Virus record (IMG/VR): IMGVR_UViG_3300033143_003083
Span: 1-64,000 of that record
Source: a virus
Length of the DNA stretch: 64,000 nucleotides
Strand: one strand, 5' to 3'
The notes below the pieces were generated by a model. The model did not search any database and was not told the origin of the DNA. It worked only from the letters and a program-made list of their open reading frames with translations. The position numbers and the translations under genes are program-made. Shown here piece after piece: positions 1 to 10,730 of the stretch (position 1 is the stretch's first letter; every line of letters starts with the position of its first letter).

Positions 1-1
1 C

Positions 2-1702
2 TTTTGCAGATGCTGTACCACTCGGCAACGTTATCCCATATATGTTTGAAATGTCTGGTTTGTAATCAACATGGTGGATAAGGATATCAACTGATGCACC
101 CCCACCATGAGAATACGTTACCTGATATTTTCCATTACCATCAGATGTGGATGCATTCTCTACTGTATACAACACAGTAGACGTGTCAGCAGTGACATAA
201 GTGACTTCTGTATTAAGTTCTAGTCCTGTTACGGTATGAGGAAAAGATGCGACAACATTCACGGTTGCCCCTGCACTACGAATAGAAGGAGTTGTGCCAC
301 CAGTAACAACATTAATAGTTAATGTTCCTGTGCCAACGTTTACATAAATTGATTCATTCCCTGTACTTGTGGGGGTAACAGGAGAACCAACAGTCCCTGC
401 ATCATAACTCGAAGTATTATTACCCCAATCCATTGAACCACCACCAATAGAAGTTAATTCTACTGCATGGTTAGACCCATCGGATGTAAATGAACAACCC
501 GACACATCTGTTAATGATGCAGCGATACATGAAGCAGTCGCAGAACTGTTTATTATTAATGAATCGGTTAGCTTACCTGAAGCGTTTAAATCAATTAAAC
601 CTGATGTAACAAACCCTACGTTCTTAACTTCAGAACTGTTTGCTATAGATACACCGGAGCAACCAGAAAAATTATTACCGTTAAAGTCATGAACACCATC
701 TAAACTTAATACACCTGTTAGATTTTCAAATGAACACCCATATAGATCGGCAGATTCAACAGCACCGTCATCACGGTCAAATCCAATATCATAAGTGGGA
801 TTACCAACAATAGAAATACCATTACGTCCACGTATCGTTCCTACTGGTTGACCTAATACAACATCGGTAGCACCTGTACCATTACCAACAACATTCACCG
901 ACATAAAAGTTAATGGACATGATGCTTGTAAAGTTGTTTCGTAGTATTGCGGTTCAGCAGCAAAAAGTTTTGCGTCTTCATCTGTGATATTTGCAGCGTT
1001 AGTGCCTACATCATCACCTAATGTTATTTTTCCTAATAGTTCTGCTGCTGTACCAGAATCATTTAATGGAGTAACAATTCCATGACGATTAGATATTTCG
1101 TCTGCAATTAATTCTTCAGTTAACCCTAATGTGGATGTGCCTGTAACAATTAAACCCTTACCATGAGCGCATTGATCAACAACGAAGTTATCATATTTAG
1201 CTGCGGCAACATTGTTATGAGCAAATGCCCCAAAATAACGAACTGATGTAGGATCAAAAGTGTCGTTATCTATGCTGGGAGTTTTGTTTGGATCAAGAGC
1301 TAATCGAATCCAACCACCTGTGTAAGTGTCCCTGCCATGAAAATACCACAAGGCATAGTTAGATGCTGACGGTGTATTGGTACTCATAAAGACACCCAGA
1401 CCACCATCAGCTTGTAATGCTAATAAAGGTGAGGGTAAGAAGTTTACCCAGATATAAAACATGTCACCATCGGCGTTACCACCACCAGTGAAATCTAATT
1501 CATTACCTGCACCAATGTCGGTGTACATATATACGCGCTTGTTATCAGAACGACATGTTACGTTATTAGTACCTTCATATGCAGCATCAGCAGCAATTGC
1601 TGTAGGTGCTTGACCACCAGAAGTTATCTTAATAGCTGTCCAATTACCTGCTGTATCCGCAGTATCAATTACTGTTCCATCAAATGCTACACTGACTGTC
1701 AT
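2..1702 (-). CDS. Virion structural/fibre-like protein, runs off the window edge (not in ORF track)
   Basis: Read by hand from ATG 1702 (AGGA SD upstream): MTVSVAFDGTVIDTADTAGNWTAIK...; G/T/S/N-rich; TAAATA at 1737-1742. Confidence 0.7.
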   Translation of the reverse strand, partial: MTVSVAFDGTVIDTADTAGNWTAIKITSGGQAPTAIAADAAYEGTNNVTCRSDNKRVYMYTDIGAGNELDFTGGGNADGDMFYIWVNFLPSPLLALQADGGLGVFMSTNTPSASNYALWYFHGRDTYTGGWIRLALDPNKTPSIDNDTFDPTSVRYFGAFAHNNVAAAKYDNFVVDQCAHGKGLIVTGTSTLGLTEELIADEISNRHGIVTPLNDSGTAAELLGKITLGDDVGTNAANITDEDAKLFAAEPQYYETTLQASCPLTFMSVNVVGNGTGATDVVLGQPVGTIRGRNGISIVGNPTYDIGFDRDDGAVESADLYGCSFENLTGVLSLDGVHDFNGNNFSGCSGVSIANSSEVKNVGFVTSGLIDLNASGKLTDSLIINSSATASCIAASLTDVSGCSFTSDGSNHAVELTSIGGGSMDWGNNTSSYDAGTVGSPVTPTSTGNESIYVNVGTGTLTINVVTGGTTPSIRSAGATVNVVASFPHTVTGLELNTEVTYVTADTSTVLYTVENASTSDGNGKYQVTYSHGGGASVDILIHHVDYKPDISNIYGITLPSGTASAK

Positions 1703-1735
1703 TTATATTCCTGATAATGTATTATTGCCATAACA

Positions 1736-2218
1736 CTATTTATGGGTATAACGATTGCTGAAATACTTAAGCATTTCACAAGGTGAAGGTGGATGTTCGT
1801 CTTTATGCCAAGGGGATGTCCACTTAGAATCTATCATGTCGTTGTTTACTTGCTCTGAGCATATCAGTCCATGAGGGTTAAAAAGTTTCATGGTGGGGAA
1901 TATTCGTTTCAGTGGTTTGATCAGATACAAAACATAATCTAAGAAACCATAATGTACGTTATAATTGTCTATTTGGTCTATGAGGAAGTATTCAATTATA
2001 TCAACTGGTGCATCAAAAATTACATGTTGATCATGTTTGTAATGAATAGGTTCATATTTTTTAACACGTCTGCCTGTGAATGGACTCACATCATAAAATT
2101 TATCATCTATGAGAATCCCCACATGATAACAATAACAACCTGTGAAAAGTCTGGTTAGTTTCCCGTTGAATATCCGTCTGTTGATGACGAATACAATTTT
2201 TGCATTAGTTTTAATCAT
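1736..2218 (-). CDS. Permuted papain-like (NlpC/P60, YiiX/YebB-like) hydrolase
   Basis: N-terminal YHVGI and C-terminal ICSE..SP motifs in permuted order. Confidence 0.6.
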   Translation of the reverse strand: MIKTNAKIVFVINRRIFNGKLTRLFTGCYCYHVGILIDDKFYDVSPFTGRRVKKYEPIHYKHDQHVIFDAPVDIIEYFLIDQIDNYNVHYGFLDYVLYLIKPLKRIFPTMKLFNPHGLICSEQVNNDMIDSKWTSPWHKDEHPPSPCEMLKYFSNRYTHK

Positions 2219-2226
2219 GCTGCTAT

Positions 2227-5200
2227 TTATACAGCATCAAGTTTAGGGAACTCATAACATAATTTGTTGTATGTTATTGTCACAGAGATTGTACTGATGG
2301 TTGAATCCAAGTAAGTACTTTCAGTCTGAGTAATCGCTTGTATATGGCAATCATTCAGTGTGAATTTTTCAGCAACATTGCTATTGTATGTAAATATTTT
2401 TGTGCTGATTGAGAATTTGAAATTATCACTGTCTAATTCGTATGACTGTTTTCTTAATTGTTCAGTCAGTGCATTATTAACTAATGACTTGTCATCATCA
2501 AAGAATATAATAGTCAATGGTTGGTATTCGATACGAGCACCATTAGTCCAACGTTTACCTTTGTTATGGATTGAAAATTCATTGAAGGTTAAGTTCGGAC
2601 GTTCCAGACTCATAACTTCTCTGCCTAAAATATTAGATATGTTTTCTGACATGTCAAAGAAAGACACATAGAATTTTTCTACAGTTTTTGCTAATAGTGG
2701 ACGTGTTATTTCACATGTGCTTTTTTCATTCGTTGGCAGATTGATAACATTACCGACACCATTAGGACGCATGACATCATCTTGTTCAGTAATATTTGCC
2801 CCACCAATTGCATCAGTGAAACCAAATGTGATTGTGGTATCATTATCATCAGTGGTGTCAAGAGTACCAACAACAACACCAACAATAATACCTGCACTCT
2901 CTGATGTATCATCTTCATCAGTTGTATTGAGTGTACCCGCTATAGGTAAATTACCGACACCTGCAAGCGCATCGTCTGTATCAGTTACATTTAAAGTACC
3001 AGCATTAATATCTGCGGAATTACCCACACCTGCTAATGTGTCATCTATATCAGTTTCGTTTAACGTACCGGCTATAGTTAGCTCACCAGCAGATGAAGTT
3101 GTATCGTCTGTGTCTGTTTCAGCTAATGCACCAACAATAGTTTCTGTGCCATTTGCTGCAATGGTGTCATCAACATCAGTTTCATTAAGAGTGCCGAAAA
3201 TTACATCACCAATAGCACCAACACCAGCTAACGTATCATCAACATCAGAAGTATTAAGAGTACCAGTAAAAATTTCAGTACCTGCTGAAGCAGTTGTATC
3301 ATCAACATCAGTAATATCAATTGTGCCGATGGGGAAATTAACTACGTTGCCAGCAGTACTTGATGTGTCATCAACATCAGCAGTGTTTAATGTGCCACCT
3401 ACAGCATCTGAACCATCTGAACCTACAGCAGCAAGCGTATCATTTTCGTCTGTTATATTTAAAGTACCAGCTATAGATAACTCACCATTTGCCGCAATAG
3501 TATCATCGGCATCAGTAGTATTAGACGTTCCAACAAAAGTTTGAGTACCAGCAGAGGAAGTTGTATCGTCTACATCGGTTTCGTTTAAAGTACCAACGAA
3601 AGTTTGTTGACCGGAAGTACTTGATGTATCATCTACATCAATAGTGTTAGATGTACCAACAAAAGTTTGTTCACCTAAACCGGCAATTATGTCATCTGTG
3701 TCCGTTACATTTATAGTACCGATGGTGTTTAGCTCACCACTTGCAGACATTACATCATCAACATCGGTTTCAACTAGTGTACCTTCATAAGTTGATTTGC
3801 CGGTTGCTGCAATGGTATCATCTGTGTCAGAAGTATTAAGAGTACCAGTAAAAATTTCAGTACCTGCTGAAGCAGTTGTATCATCAACATCGGTTTCGTT
3901 TAAAGTACCAATATAAATTTGTGTACCAGCAGAGGAAGTTGTATCGTCTACATCGGTTACATCAATTGTTCCTGTTGCATTTTCAAATGATGTACCATTT
4001 GCTGCAATGGTGTCATTAATATCAGTTTCATTTAACGTACCAACAAAAATTTGTGTACCGGCAGATGAAGTTGTATCATCAACATCAGTAGTATCAATTG
4101 TACCAGTAGTCGCACCTGCTACAACCTCATATACACCTACTGATGGGGTAGTCTCCCAATCAATACCATCTAAATCTGTACTTAACCAGTTAGAATCACC
4201 ACTTATATCTGTGCCGCCACCATTCAGGTTTGATCCTGTTTTGATATGTAAATCTTCTGATCCTGCTGTAACGTTTTCGAAATTAACTGTGCTGAATGCT
4301 ACACTGTCTAATGCTCCACTTGAACCTGTTGTATCACTTGCGGCACAAGTAATATAATTTGTTTGTACGTTTGATCCATAACTTCCGTTAGTTGCACCAT
4401 TATCATGAGCATAACAATTTTTTGCTGTTAAATAGGCAGCAGCAAATGTACCAATTGCTTCGGTTGTTCCAGAGTTAATAACTGTTGCATGACGTAATAC
4501 TGTTCCAGTTGGATCAGATGAATTATAAGTTGAGAAGAAACCATAAACACCATCACAATCTTCAATCAGAACATTACTGTATATACCGACACCACCAGCA
4601 TGTATAATACCTTCTCTGGCAGCACCTAATATGTGGGTGTTTGTGAATCGTACATCTGAACTTGCGCCGCCATCAGGATCAACATAAAGTACTGAGTCAT
4701 TATTAGAAGTATTTCCAGTTGTAGATAAATGTTCACCAATGAAACCATCTTCACGATAGTAGTTAATATTAACCTGATACATTTTGGCAAAGTTTCGTGC
4801 TGCTCTTAATTGGTATCCAATAACATTAGTAACAGACACATAATAGTTTGCACTAGTATTCCATGATGCTGATGTGGTGAAACCTACAGTATCATCACCA
4901 CCTGTGCCATCACATTCTAAATAATGAATTTCTCCTGCGGCAACAAGATCTTTTGCTTCGTTTGTATTCCATTCATCACGACTTGCATATGCTCTATTTG
5001 CGCCTGTAGTTGCATTGGTAGTACCATCACCACCAGCAGTAGAATTTGTATTAACATAACTGAAAACATTAATAACACCACCAATACCAGCAGCAGCTAA
5101 TGTATCATCTACATCGGTAGTATCAATTGTTCCTGTGGCATTAGGTGAACTATGGGTGATTGTTAATTTTGGTGGATTTGTGCCGCCATCATAACTAACA

Positions 5201-5685
5201 TCTGCTCTGTTTATGTTTGCGTCCTGTTCCGTATCAGTCTGTAATGCAATAATAAATATTGTGCCAGCATCCCTTGCCACCTCAACATCACTATTTGCAC
5301 CCGACCCCAATGCAGTTATACTTTTTATTCCGGTTGTTTGAAATGCACTACTCGACACATAATGATCTGCTGCTACATCTAAATTTGCGTATGCGGTTAC
5401 AGCAGTATCACCCGTTAAATCACCTTGACCATCACCACCATATCCACCGATATACATAAGTGAACTGGTAAAAGCTATTAAAGCAGTGACCTCAATCTCA
5501 AAGTCAACTTGAGAAACAGTATCGGTTGCAGGTAAAGTTGAGATAGTAAATTCAGCACCAGTACGATATGTACACGAACCGCCATCATCACCAACCCAAT
5601 GATCCGCACCAGTATATTTATTATGTGAACTGCCGCATTCTTCAATATCTGCTGAAAAATCTGCATTATCTGAAAAACTAGCCAA
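2227..5685 (-). CDS. Large virion protein: N-terminal beta domains, ~21 tandem ~21-aa repeats, C-terminal tail-tube-fold domain
   Basis: Likely TTG start at 5685 with GGTGAGG SD; GTLNxTDxDDT repeats; last ~165 aa paralogous to 6897..7394. Confidence 0.75.
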   Translation of the reverse strand: MASFSDNADFSADIEECGSSHNKYTGADHWVGDDGGSCTYRTGAEFTISTLPATDTVSQVDFEIEVTALIAFTSSLMYIGGYGGDGQGDLTGDTAVTAYANLDVAADHYVSSSAFQTTGIKSITALGSGANSDVEVARDAGTIFIIALQTDTEQDANINRADVSYDGGTNPPKLTITHSSPNATGTIDTTDVDDTLAAAGIGGVINVFSYVNTNSTAGGDGTTNATTGANRAYASRDEWNTNEAKDLVAAGEIHYLECDGTGGDDTVGFTTSASWNTSANYYVSVTNVIGYQLRAARNFAKMYQVNINYYREDGFIGEHLSTTGNTSNNDSVLYVDPDGGASSDVRFTNTHILGAAREGIIHAGGVGIYSNVLIEDCDGVYGFFSTYNSSDPTGTVLRHATVINSGTTEAIGTFAAAYLTAKNCYAHDNGATNGSYGSNVQTNYITCAASDTTGSSGALDSVAFSTVNFENVTAGSEDLHIKTGSNLNGGGTDISGDSNWLSTDLDGIDWETTPSVGVYEVVAGATTGTIDTTDVDDTTSSAGTQIFVGTLNETDINDTIAANGTSFENATGTIDVTDVDDTTSSAGTQIYIGTLNETDVDDTTASAGTEIFTGTLNTSDTDDTIAATGKSTYEGTLVETDVDDVMSASGELNTIGTINVTDTDDIIAGLGEQTFVGTSNTIDVDDTSSTSGQQTFVGTLNETDVDDTTSSAGTQTFVGTSNTTDADDTIAANGELSIAGTLNITDENDTLAAVGSDGSDAVGGTLNTADVDDTSSTAGNVVNFPIGTIDITDVDDTTASAGTEIFTGTLNTSDVDDTLAGVGAIGDVIFGTLNETDVDDTIAANGTETIVGALAETDTDDTTSSAGELTIAGTLNETDIDDTLAGVGNSADINAGTLNVTDTDDALAGVGNLPIAGTLNTTDEDDTSESAGIIVGVVVGTLDTTDDNDTTITFGFTDAIGGANITEQDDVMRPNGVGNVINLPTNEKSTCEITRPLLAKTVEKFYVSFFDMSENISNILGREVMSLERPNLTFNEFSIHNKGKRWTNGARIEYQPLTIIFFDDDKSLVNNALTEQLRKQSYELDSDNFKFSISTKIFTYNSNVAEKFTLNDCHIQAITQTESTYLDSTISTISVTITYNKLCYEFPKLDAV
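2770..4110 (-). repeat. Intragenic tandem repeat, ~63-72 nt unit (GTLNETDVDDTxxxxG)
   Basis: ~21 units in the translation; near-exact ~65-nt DNA duplication at ~3245-3309 and ~3827-3891. Confidence 0.9.
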
Positions 5686-6379
5686 TGGTAAATCCCTCAC
5701 CAGCTAATAATGTGAAATCTGAAGAATATAAAAATAGAGTGTTGCCGATTAAACTTGTATCGACTTCGTTTATCTGCCCACGCATATTTGGCACGTTGAA
5801 GGATAAAATTTGTCCGGTATCTAGTAACCAATCCGCACCATATACAGCACCTTGCTTATCATACTTTAATTGACTTGAAACTATATTTCCAATAACAGGA
5901 GTTATCTGTAAAAATAAATTGTATGTATCAGAGAGTGGTGCGGTAAATTGAAATTGGAAATCGCCATTATTTAAAATAGTCTTAAATACAGAAGGGTAAG
6001 TTGTCGCACCTTCTTTATGAGAATACGACCATTCGATATTGATGGTGTCAGCATCAGGATTAGTTATAACACTACCTTCACTGACAAGTGAATAATTATT
6101 GGTTGTTTCCATCATAACATCCATGTTAAAACGGGTATCTAAACCATTACCTATTAAGTATCGTGCCTGAGTTCTCTTACTCTCAATCCAATGACCACTT
6201 GGTAAATCAATACGGGTATCTTCACCAGCTAAATCATTACGTTTGTGTGTGACAAAACTCCCACCATCATTCAGCCACTTATTTCTGACAAAAAATGTTG
6301 AACGTTTTAAAGTTGGGTTAACAGAGTCAACTTCTTGCTCTGAATTTTCTGATACTCGTTGTTTGGGCAACCAAGCCAT
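5678..6379 (-). CDS. Hypothetical virion-associated protein
   Basis: 233-aa ORF with GGGAG SD inside structural cluster. Confidence 0.6.
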   Translation of the reverse strand: MAWLPKQRVSENSEQEVDSVNPTLKRSTFFVRNKWLNDGGSFVTHKRNDLAGEDTRIDLPSGHWIESKRTQARYLIGNGLDTRFNMDVMMETTNNYSLVSEGSVITNPDADTINIEWSYSHKEGATTYPSVFKTILNNGDFQFQFTAPLSDTYNLFLQITPVIGNIVSSQLKYDKQGAVYGADWLLDTGQILSFNVPNMRGQINEVDTSLIGNTLFLYSSDFTLLAGEGFTIG

Positions 6380-6434
6380 TTTAACTCCCCATATTCATAA
6401 ATTATAGGGTTATGTTTATACCCTAGTTATTTTA

Positions 6435-6851
6435 TTAAGCATTCCCAACAGAAATATCAAACTGTGTGATTGAAATTGTTGCGCCTGAAACGATAGACAC
6501 TGTATTCAAGTTAAGGTCAGAACCAGAAGTACCTACGTCACCATCCATAAGGTGAGTTCCTGCTGATTGAGTCAGTACTCTGAACCATGTTGCAGTTCCA
6601 GTTGCGTCTGCTGAAGTATCATCAGTAATTGTATTACCAACGATAGTCCCAGTTGCTGCTGCTGCAAATGATGTTGCAGACATAGTTAATGTTGCAAGTA
6701 AAACTTGAGTTGTTACTGCACCACCCGTAGCAGGTCTGCCTGTACCAGTACTGTCGTAAATTTCGATTATTGCTGCTGTGCCGCCATCAACTTCAGTAGT
6801 GATTGCGTCTGCTTTAGCGTTTCGTATTGCTGTGCTGTATCCTAATGCCAT
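6435..6851 (-). CDS. Phage virion structural protein (A/T/G-rich)
   Basis: ADATGTATWFR and GDVGTSGSDLNL motifs typical of small phage tail proteins; AGGAG SD; TATAAATA upstream. Confidence 0.6.
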   Translation of the reverse strand: MALGYSTAIRNAKADAITTEVDGGTAAIIEIYDSTGTGRPATGGAVTTQVLLATLTMSATSFAAAATGTIVGNTITDDTSADATGTATWFRVLTQSAGTHLMDGDVGTSGSDLNLNTVSIVSGATISITQFDISVGNA

Positions 6852-6896
6852 TTTTTATCTCCTAATAAGACTTTGTTATACATCTATTTATAGATA

Positions 6897-7394
6897 TTAA
6901 AGATTAGGGAAAGCATAATCGACTTCGTTAAAGGCAATGGATACTGTTGTGATGTTGTTTGTGCTGTCTGCATAAATTTGTTCTGAGTGATTAATCGTCT
7001 GAATTCTGCAATATCTGATTGTTATTATTTCGGTCAGTACTGAGTCAGCAGAAAATACTTTGATGGTCATTTCAAATAGTGAATCATTGAATGCCTGTGG
7101 TGATACCTTAGTCTGTCTTTTTATCTGTTCATACAATGCATAATTCACTAATGAATTGGTATCATCAAGAAACGTCAGATCAATAGGTTGGTATTCGATA
7201 ACACTCGAACCTGTGACCTTCACCCCCTTATTATAGATTGAGTATTCATTGAATGAATATATTGGTCTGCTTGCAGCCTGTACATCCCTACCCAGAATAT
7301 TAGATATGTTTTCCGGTAACTTATAAAAACTCACATAGAATTTTTCGGAAGACTTAGGATGTAACGCCCGATTGATTCGTGATTTGGTAGTCAT
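6897..7394 (-). CDS. Tail-tube-fold protein (T4 gp19/gp3/gp54-like)
   Basis: RPxxSF, YQPIDLTFLDD and C-terminal TVSIAFN pattern; adjacent to gp15-like gene. Confidence 0.65.
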   Translation of the reverse strand: MTTKSRINRALHPKSSEKFYVSFYKLPENISNILGRDVQAASRPIYSFNEYSIYNKGVKVTGSSVIEYQPIDLTFLDDTNSLVNYALYEQIKRQTKVSPQAFNDSLFEMTIKVFSADSVLTEIITIRYCRIQTINHSEQIYADSTNNITTVSIAFNEVDYAFPNL

Positions 7395-8104
7395 TAGGTA
7401 TTCTGATCAACAACAAACGTGTCAAGATCGATACCAGCATTATCAAAGGTATTATCCTTTATGGTTGTGATGATTTGCTCAATGACACCTGCACTTTCTT
7501 TCATTGGGTAATCTAACCATACATCCATCAGGAACGATAACGTCCACATGACCATACGTTCATCTACTGCTGCCGGTATATTTGTTTCTTGTGTTACTGC
7601 AACCAGTTCTATCTCAGTCAGATACGACCAATCAATGATGTTATCTGATTTCTGAATTGTTAATTTTGGATTGAACATCATCATGATCTGTTCAAGTAAC
7701 TGAAACATCTGTGTTGTGTTAGATGCATATATAGACAGATCCATAGAAAATCTATAGGGGACACCTATGACTTTTTGGTTGACCACCCGTTCACCATCAG
7801 AACCTCTTACTCTGGTAACATTTTCTTCATGGTAATTGGTACGTCTGTTTTCTGGATTTAACTCAATGGCAGTAAGAACAGTAGACATAAGAGGGAGTGA
7901 CGTGTTATATGACACACCTTCTTTGTGTAATACATTCGCAACTATCCTATCAGGTGAACCATAATATACTGGTGCAGTCTTCTGATCATTGTTGTTGTCA
8001 CCGTCACGATCAACACCATACTCAACTGAGAATCCTGAGAAGACTCTCATGAATTGTGTGATGTAATCTTTAAATGCGCCCTGATAATAAAAGTTATATG
8101 CCAT
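7394..8104 (-). CDS. Tail terminator/sheath stabilizer, T4 gp15-like
   Basis: FYY..FK.YI.QF.RVFS, VYYG, LPLMS, VPY, QLLEQI..FNP motifs. Confidence 0.8.
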   Translation of the reverse strand: MAYNFYYQGAFKDYITQFMRVFSGFSVEYGVDRDGDNNNDQKTAPVYYGSPDRIVANVLHKEGVSYNTSLPLMSTVLTAIELNPENRRTNYHEENVTRVRGSDGERVVNQKVIGVPYRFSMDLSIYASNTTQMFQLLEQIMMMFNPKLTIQKSDNIIDWSYLTEIELVAVTQETNIPAAVDERMVMWTLSFLMDVWLDYPMKESAGVIEQIITTIKDNTFDNAGIDLDTFVVDQNT

Positions 8105-8121
8105 AGTGATTATTTACTTCT

Positions 8122-8892
8122 TTAAAATATTGTTGCGTTTGGATCATCAAGAAAATCTTCGTTTGGTCGTGGACTGTAATCTTCCCTGACTGTTTCATCT
8201 GTGTAATCAGCAACAACAGGTGTTGCATCCCAGAATTCATCTTCGACAAAATCACGTTCAGCAAACAACGAAGGTTCACTTTGTAATCCACTTTCAGTGA
8301 ATGTTGCATCATATGCTTCATCAAGTGATGCTTGTAATTCATCGAGTGCATCAGAATTAGTTGGTAATCCTTCTATTTCTTCCATTTCTTGTGAATCTTT
8401 AACACGTGTTGTGGTAATGGTCACATAGAAATTTTCGAATGAAGGTTTCTCGTCTGTATCAGTAACTTCATAGAACATATTGTTACCATTACGGTCAGAG
8501 AAGAACGGTACTTCGATTACATCACCGACTGTTATGTATCTGCCGAGTCCATCAGCTTCAAAACTGTTTATGTGTACTCTGAAGATTTGTGTGTCACCCA
8601 GTGGACTGATAATTCCAAATGCACTTAAGTCATATGGTTGATCATCTACTTGTTCCACATGTGCATTTATGATAATTCCATTAGGATCATAACGTCTATC
8701 CCTATTTTCCATGAATATGTTATCTTGAATATCCGTGATGGAACTACCTGCACCCAGAGTACTATCCCCAAGATATTTATATATAGTAATTGGATGCCAT
8801 GACAATGACACCTTCTCAAATGATAATGTTTTTTGTAACAGACGATCCTTATCACCGTATACGCCAATCTTAGGTTGTTTAAATACACTCAT
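8122..8892 (-). CDS. Neck protein, T4 gp14-like
   Basis: IFMENRDRRYD, DLSAFG, GDVIEVP motifs; likely start MSVFKQ at 8892, 5 nt after TAAATA. Confidence 0.7.
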   Translation of the reverse strand: MSVFKQPKIGVYGDKDRLLQKTLSFEKVSLSWHPITIYKYLGDSTLGAGSSITDIQDNIFMENRDRRYDPNGIIINAHVEQVDDQPYDLSAFGIISPLGDTQIFRVHINSFEADGLGRYITVGDVIEVPFFSDRNGNNMFYEVTDTDEKPSFENFYVTITTTRVKDSQEMEEIEGLPTNSDALDELQASLDEAYDATFTESGLQSEPSLFAERDFVEDEFWDATPVVADYTDETVREDYSPRPNEDFLDDPNATIF

Positions 8893-8897
8893 AATCT

Positions 8898-8912
8898 TAT
8901 TTATCCTAAATA
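8898..8912. promoter_or_regulatory. Back-to-back T4-type late promoters (TAAATA on both strands)
   Basis: TATTTA 8898-8903 (minus) and TAAATA 8907-8912 (plus) between divergent genes. Confidence 0.65.
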
Positions 8913-8939
8913 CTCTATATACAAAATCGGAGTATTCAG

Positions 8940-10730
8940 TTGAAATTAATAGAAGTTTTTGCAGCAAAAGATGAAACCCTCACAGAAGGACTCAAATTTG
9001 GCAGAAAAGAAATTGCACTTGTTAACAGGGAAGCAAAAAATGTGAATGTGGGTATCGAATGGGAATACCATGTAAATTCTGAACTTCTTGAAAAAGACAA
9101 AGAAGATTTTGATGAACATGACATTAACGTTCTTGCTGATGAAAAAATGCATAGAGATATGGCACGTCAGAAAGTTGAATGGACTGACAATTTCATTAAT
9201 GATTACATGGAAGCATATCAGGTGGAGAGTAACACCACTGGTCTTAATTACATAAAACGTGTCAGCAGTGAATTTTCAAAACACGTTGATACTATTGTGA
9301 CATATGAAGACGATTTCGAAAGAATAATGGGTACTTATGAATCTGGTGATGATTTAGACGAAGAAGACAAAACTGTTATCAGAGAATACCTATATAGTGC
9401 TGTGACAGTAGGTGACAAGTTCAATACTATACAAGTAACCATGAATAACATTAACAGGGACAAAGAAGAAGAATTATCACAATGGATTCATCTTATCTCT
9501 GGTGGTAGCAGGAACATAGTCACTGAGTTAGATGAAGCTACTGACAACATGAATGAATTTCTGCAATGGGTAAAACGTTTAACAACTCTTGAAAAAACAC
9601 GTAGTGGTTTCACTAACTATGACGGACTAATTCAAAAATATGATCAAAAAGGTAAAGGATTCTTTGTTGAATTTTATACATCACAACAATGGTTAGAACA
9701 AGTACAAGTATTGGTAGGTGATGATGACACATGGACATTCAAAGTTCGCGCCCATTACACTATGGATGCAGTCGAAGCATGGGATGATCAATTAGCAACT
9801 AACCCAGAATTGTTATTAGGTTATGATCCAAAAAATCTTGATGAAACTCCTTTCTGGTCACAAGCAGAACAAGAACTCTCTGGCGAAGGTGATCCAATTC
9901 ACTCACAAGATTATGTTGATTACATTACCGAGATATTACAGAAACGTAATCCTTGGAATATTGATTTTAATGATATTGAACGTGTATTAATTGAAGCTGG
10001 TGTGACTGACGGTGTAGAAACTGTCTCTAAGCCTCTGAAGCTGAATGACTCATTAGCATTAAACGAACAGATGCTGACGCATATACGGGATGTTGGTTGG
10101 ACAGACGAAGGTACAGGACTTCATGTTAACGTTTCGTTAAGGGGTATGAACTTCAAACGAGATAACTTTAATCCTGCTAAATTAATATTACTGCTTAACC
10201 CTAAAATGTTACAGGAATTCTTCCAATTACGTGGGTATGTCGGTGATCAATTCGATGGACTCACTGATATGAAATTAAGTGATATGGCATGGGGTGTTGC
10301 CAAGTATGGTAGGGGGTCACTCATAGAACATTTCGAGAAGTCAGCATTTGACCACGACAAACACAGACAAGTTAATTTTAATAATTTCCATACTAAATCT
10401 TTTGATATGGATCTCAGTCTTGACAGAATTGAATTTCGTTATATTGGTGGTAAGGACTACGAACATCGTCAAAAAACGATTGAATGGCATATTTACCGCA
10501 TGGTTTACCTTACTATGGTCGCTTTTAACGAAGGATTTGCCGAAAAAGAGTATCTTAAGGAAATGCAAAAGGTATTAGACCGCGAATCTAAAGAGAAATT
10601 TGCTGGTATGTCGTTTTTTGAACTGGTTGAATGGTGGAAACGTAATCCTGATGGATCTTATAATGATTTGAACGTACATGCAACGATGGGTAAACGTAAT
10701 ACACTACATAAGAAGATAAGTGGAAGATGA
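8940..10730 (+). CDS. Putative amidoligase (COOH-NH2 ligase type) with acidic insert
   Basis: GIEWEY, ETVSKP, TGLHVNVS, IEFRYIGG motifs; GGAG SD, TTG start. Confidence 0.7.
   Translation: MKLIEVFAAKDETLTEGLKFGRKEIALVNREAKNVNVGIEWEYHVNSELLEKDKEDFDEHDINVLADEKMHRDMARQKVEWTDNFINDYMEAYQVESNTTGLNYIKRVSSEFSKHVDTIVTYEDDFERIMGTYESGDDLDEEDKTVIREYLYSAVTVGDKFNTIQVTMNNINRDKEEELSQWIHLISGGSRNIVTELDEATDNMNEFLQWVKRLTTLEKTRSGFTNYDGLIQKYDQKGKGFFVEFYTSQQWLEQVQVLVGDDDTWTFKVRAHYTMDAVEAWDDQLATNPELLLGYDPKNLDETPFWSQAEQELSGEGDPIHSQDYVDYITEILQKRNPWNIDFNDIERVLIEAGVTDGVETVSKPLKLNDSLALNEQMLTHIRDVGWTDEGTGLHVNVSLRGMNFKRDNFNPAKLILLLNPKMLQEFFQLRGYVGDQFDGLTDMKLSDMAWGVAKYGRGSLIEHFEKSAFDHDKHRQVNFNNFHTKSFDMDLSLDRIEFRYIGGKDYEHRQKTIEWHIYRMVYLTMVAFNEGFAEKEYLKEMQKVLDRESKEKFAGMSFFELVEWWKRNPDGSYNDLNVHATMGKRNTLHKKISGR

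Noticed and set aside
2717-4357. Plus-strand ORFs (275 aa, 116 aa) and similar antisense ORFs over core genes
   Set aside because: Shadow frames of repetitive or biased coding sequence on the opposite strand; no SD or promoter support.
5678-5700. Programmed frameshift fusing the 233-aa ORF to the large repeat protein
   Set aside because: No slippery heptamer; a TTG at 5685 with a well-spaced GGTGAGG SD explains independent initiation.
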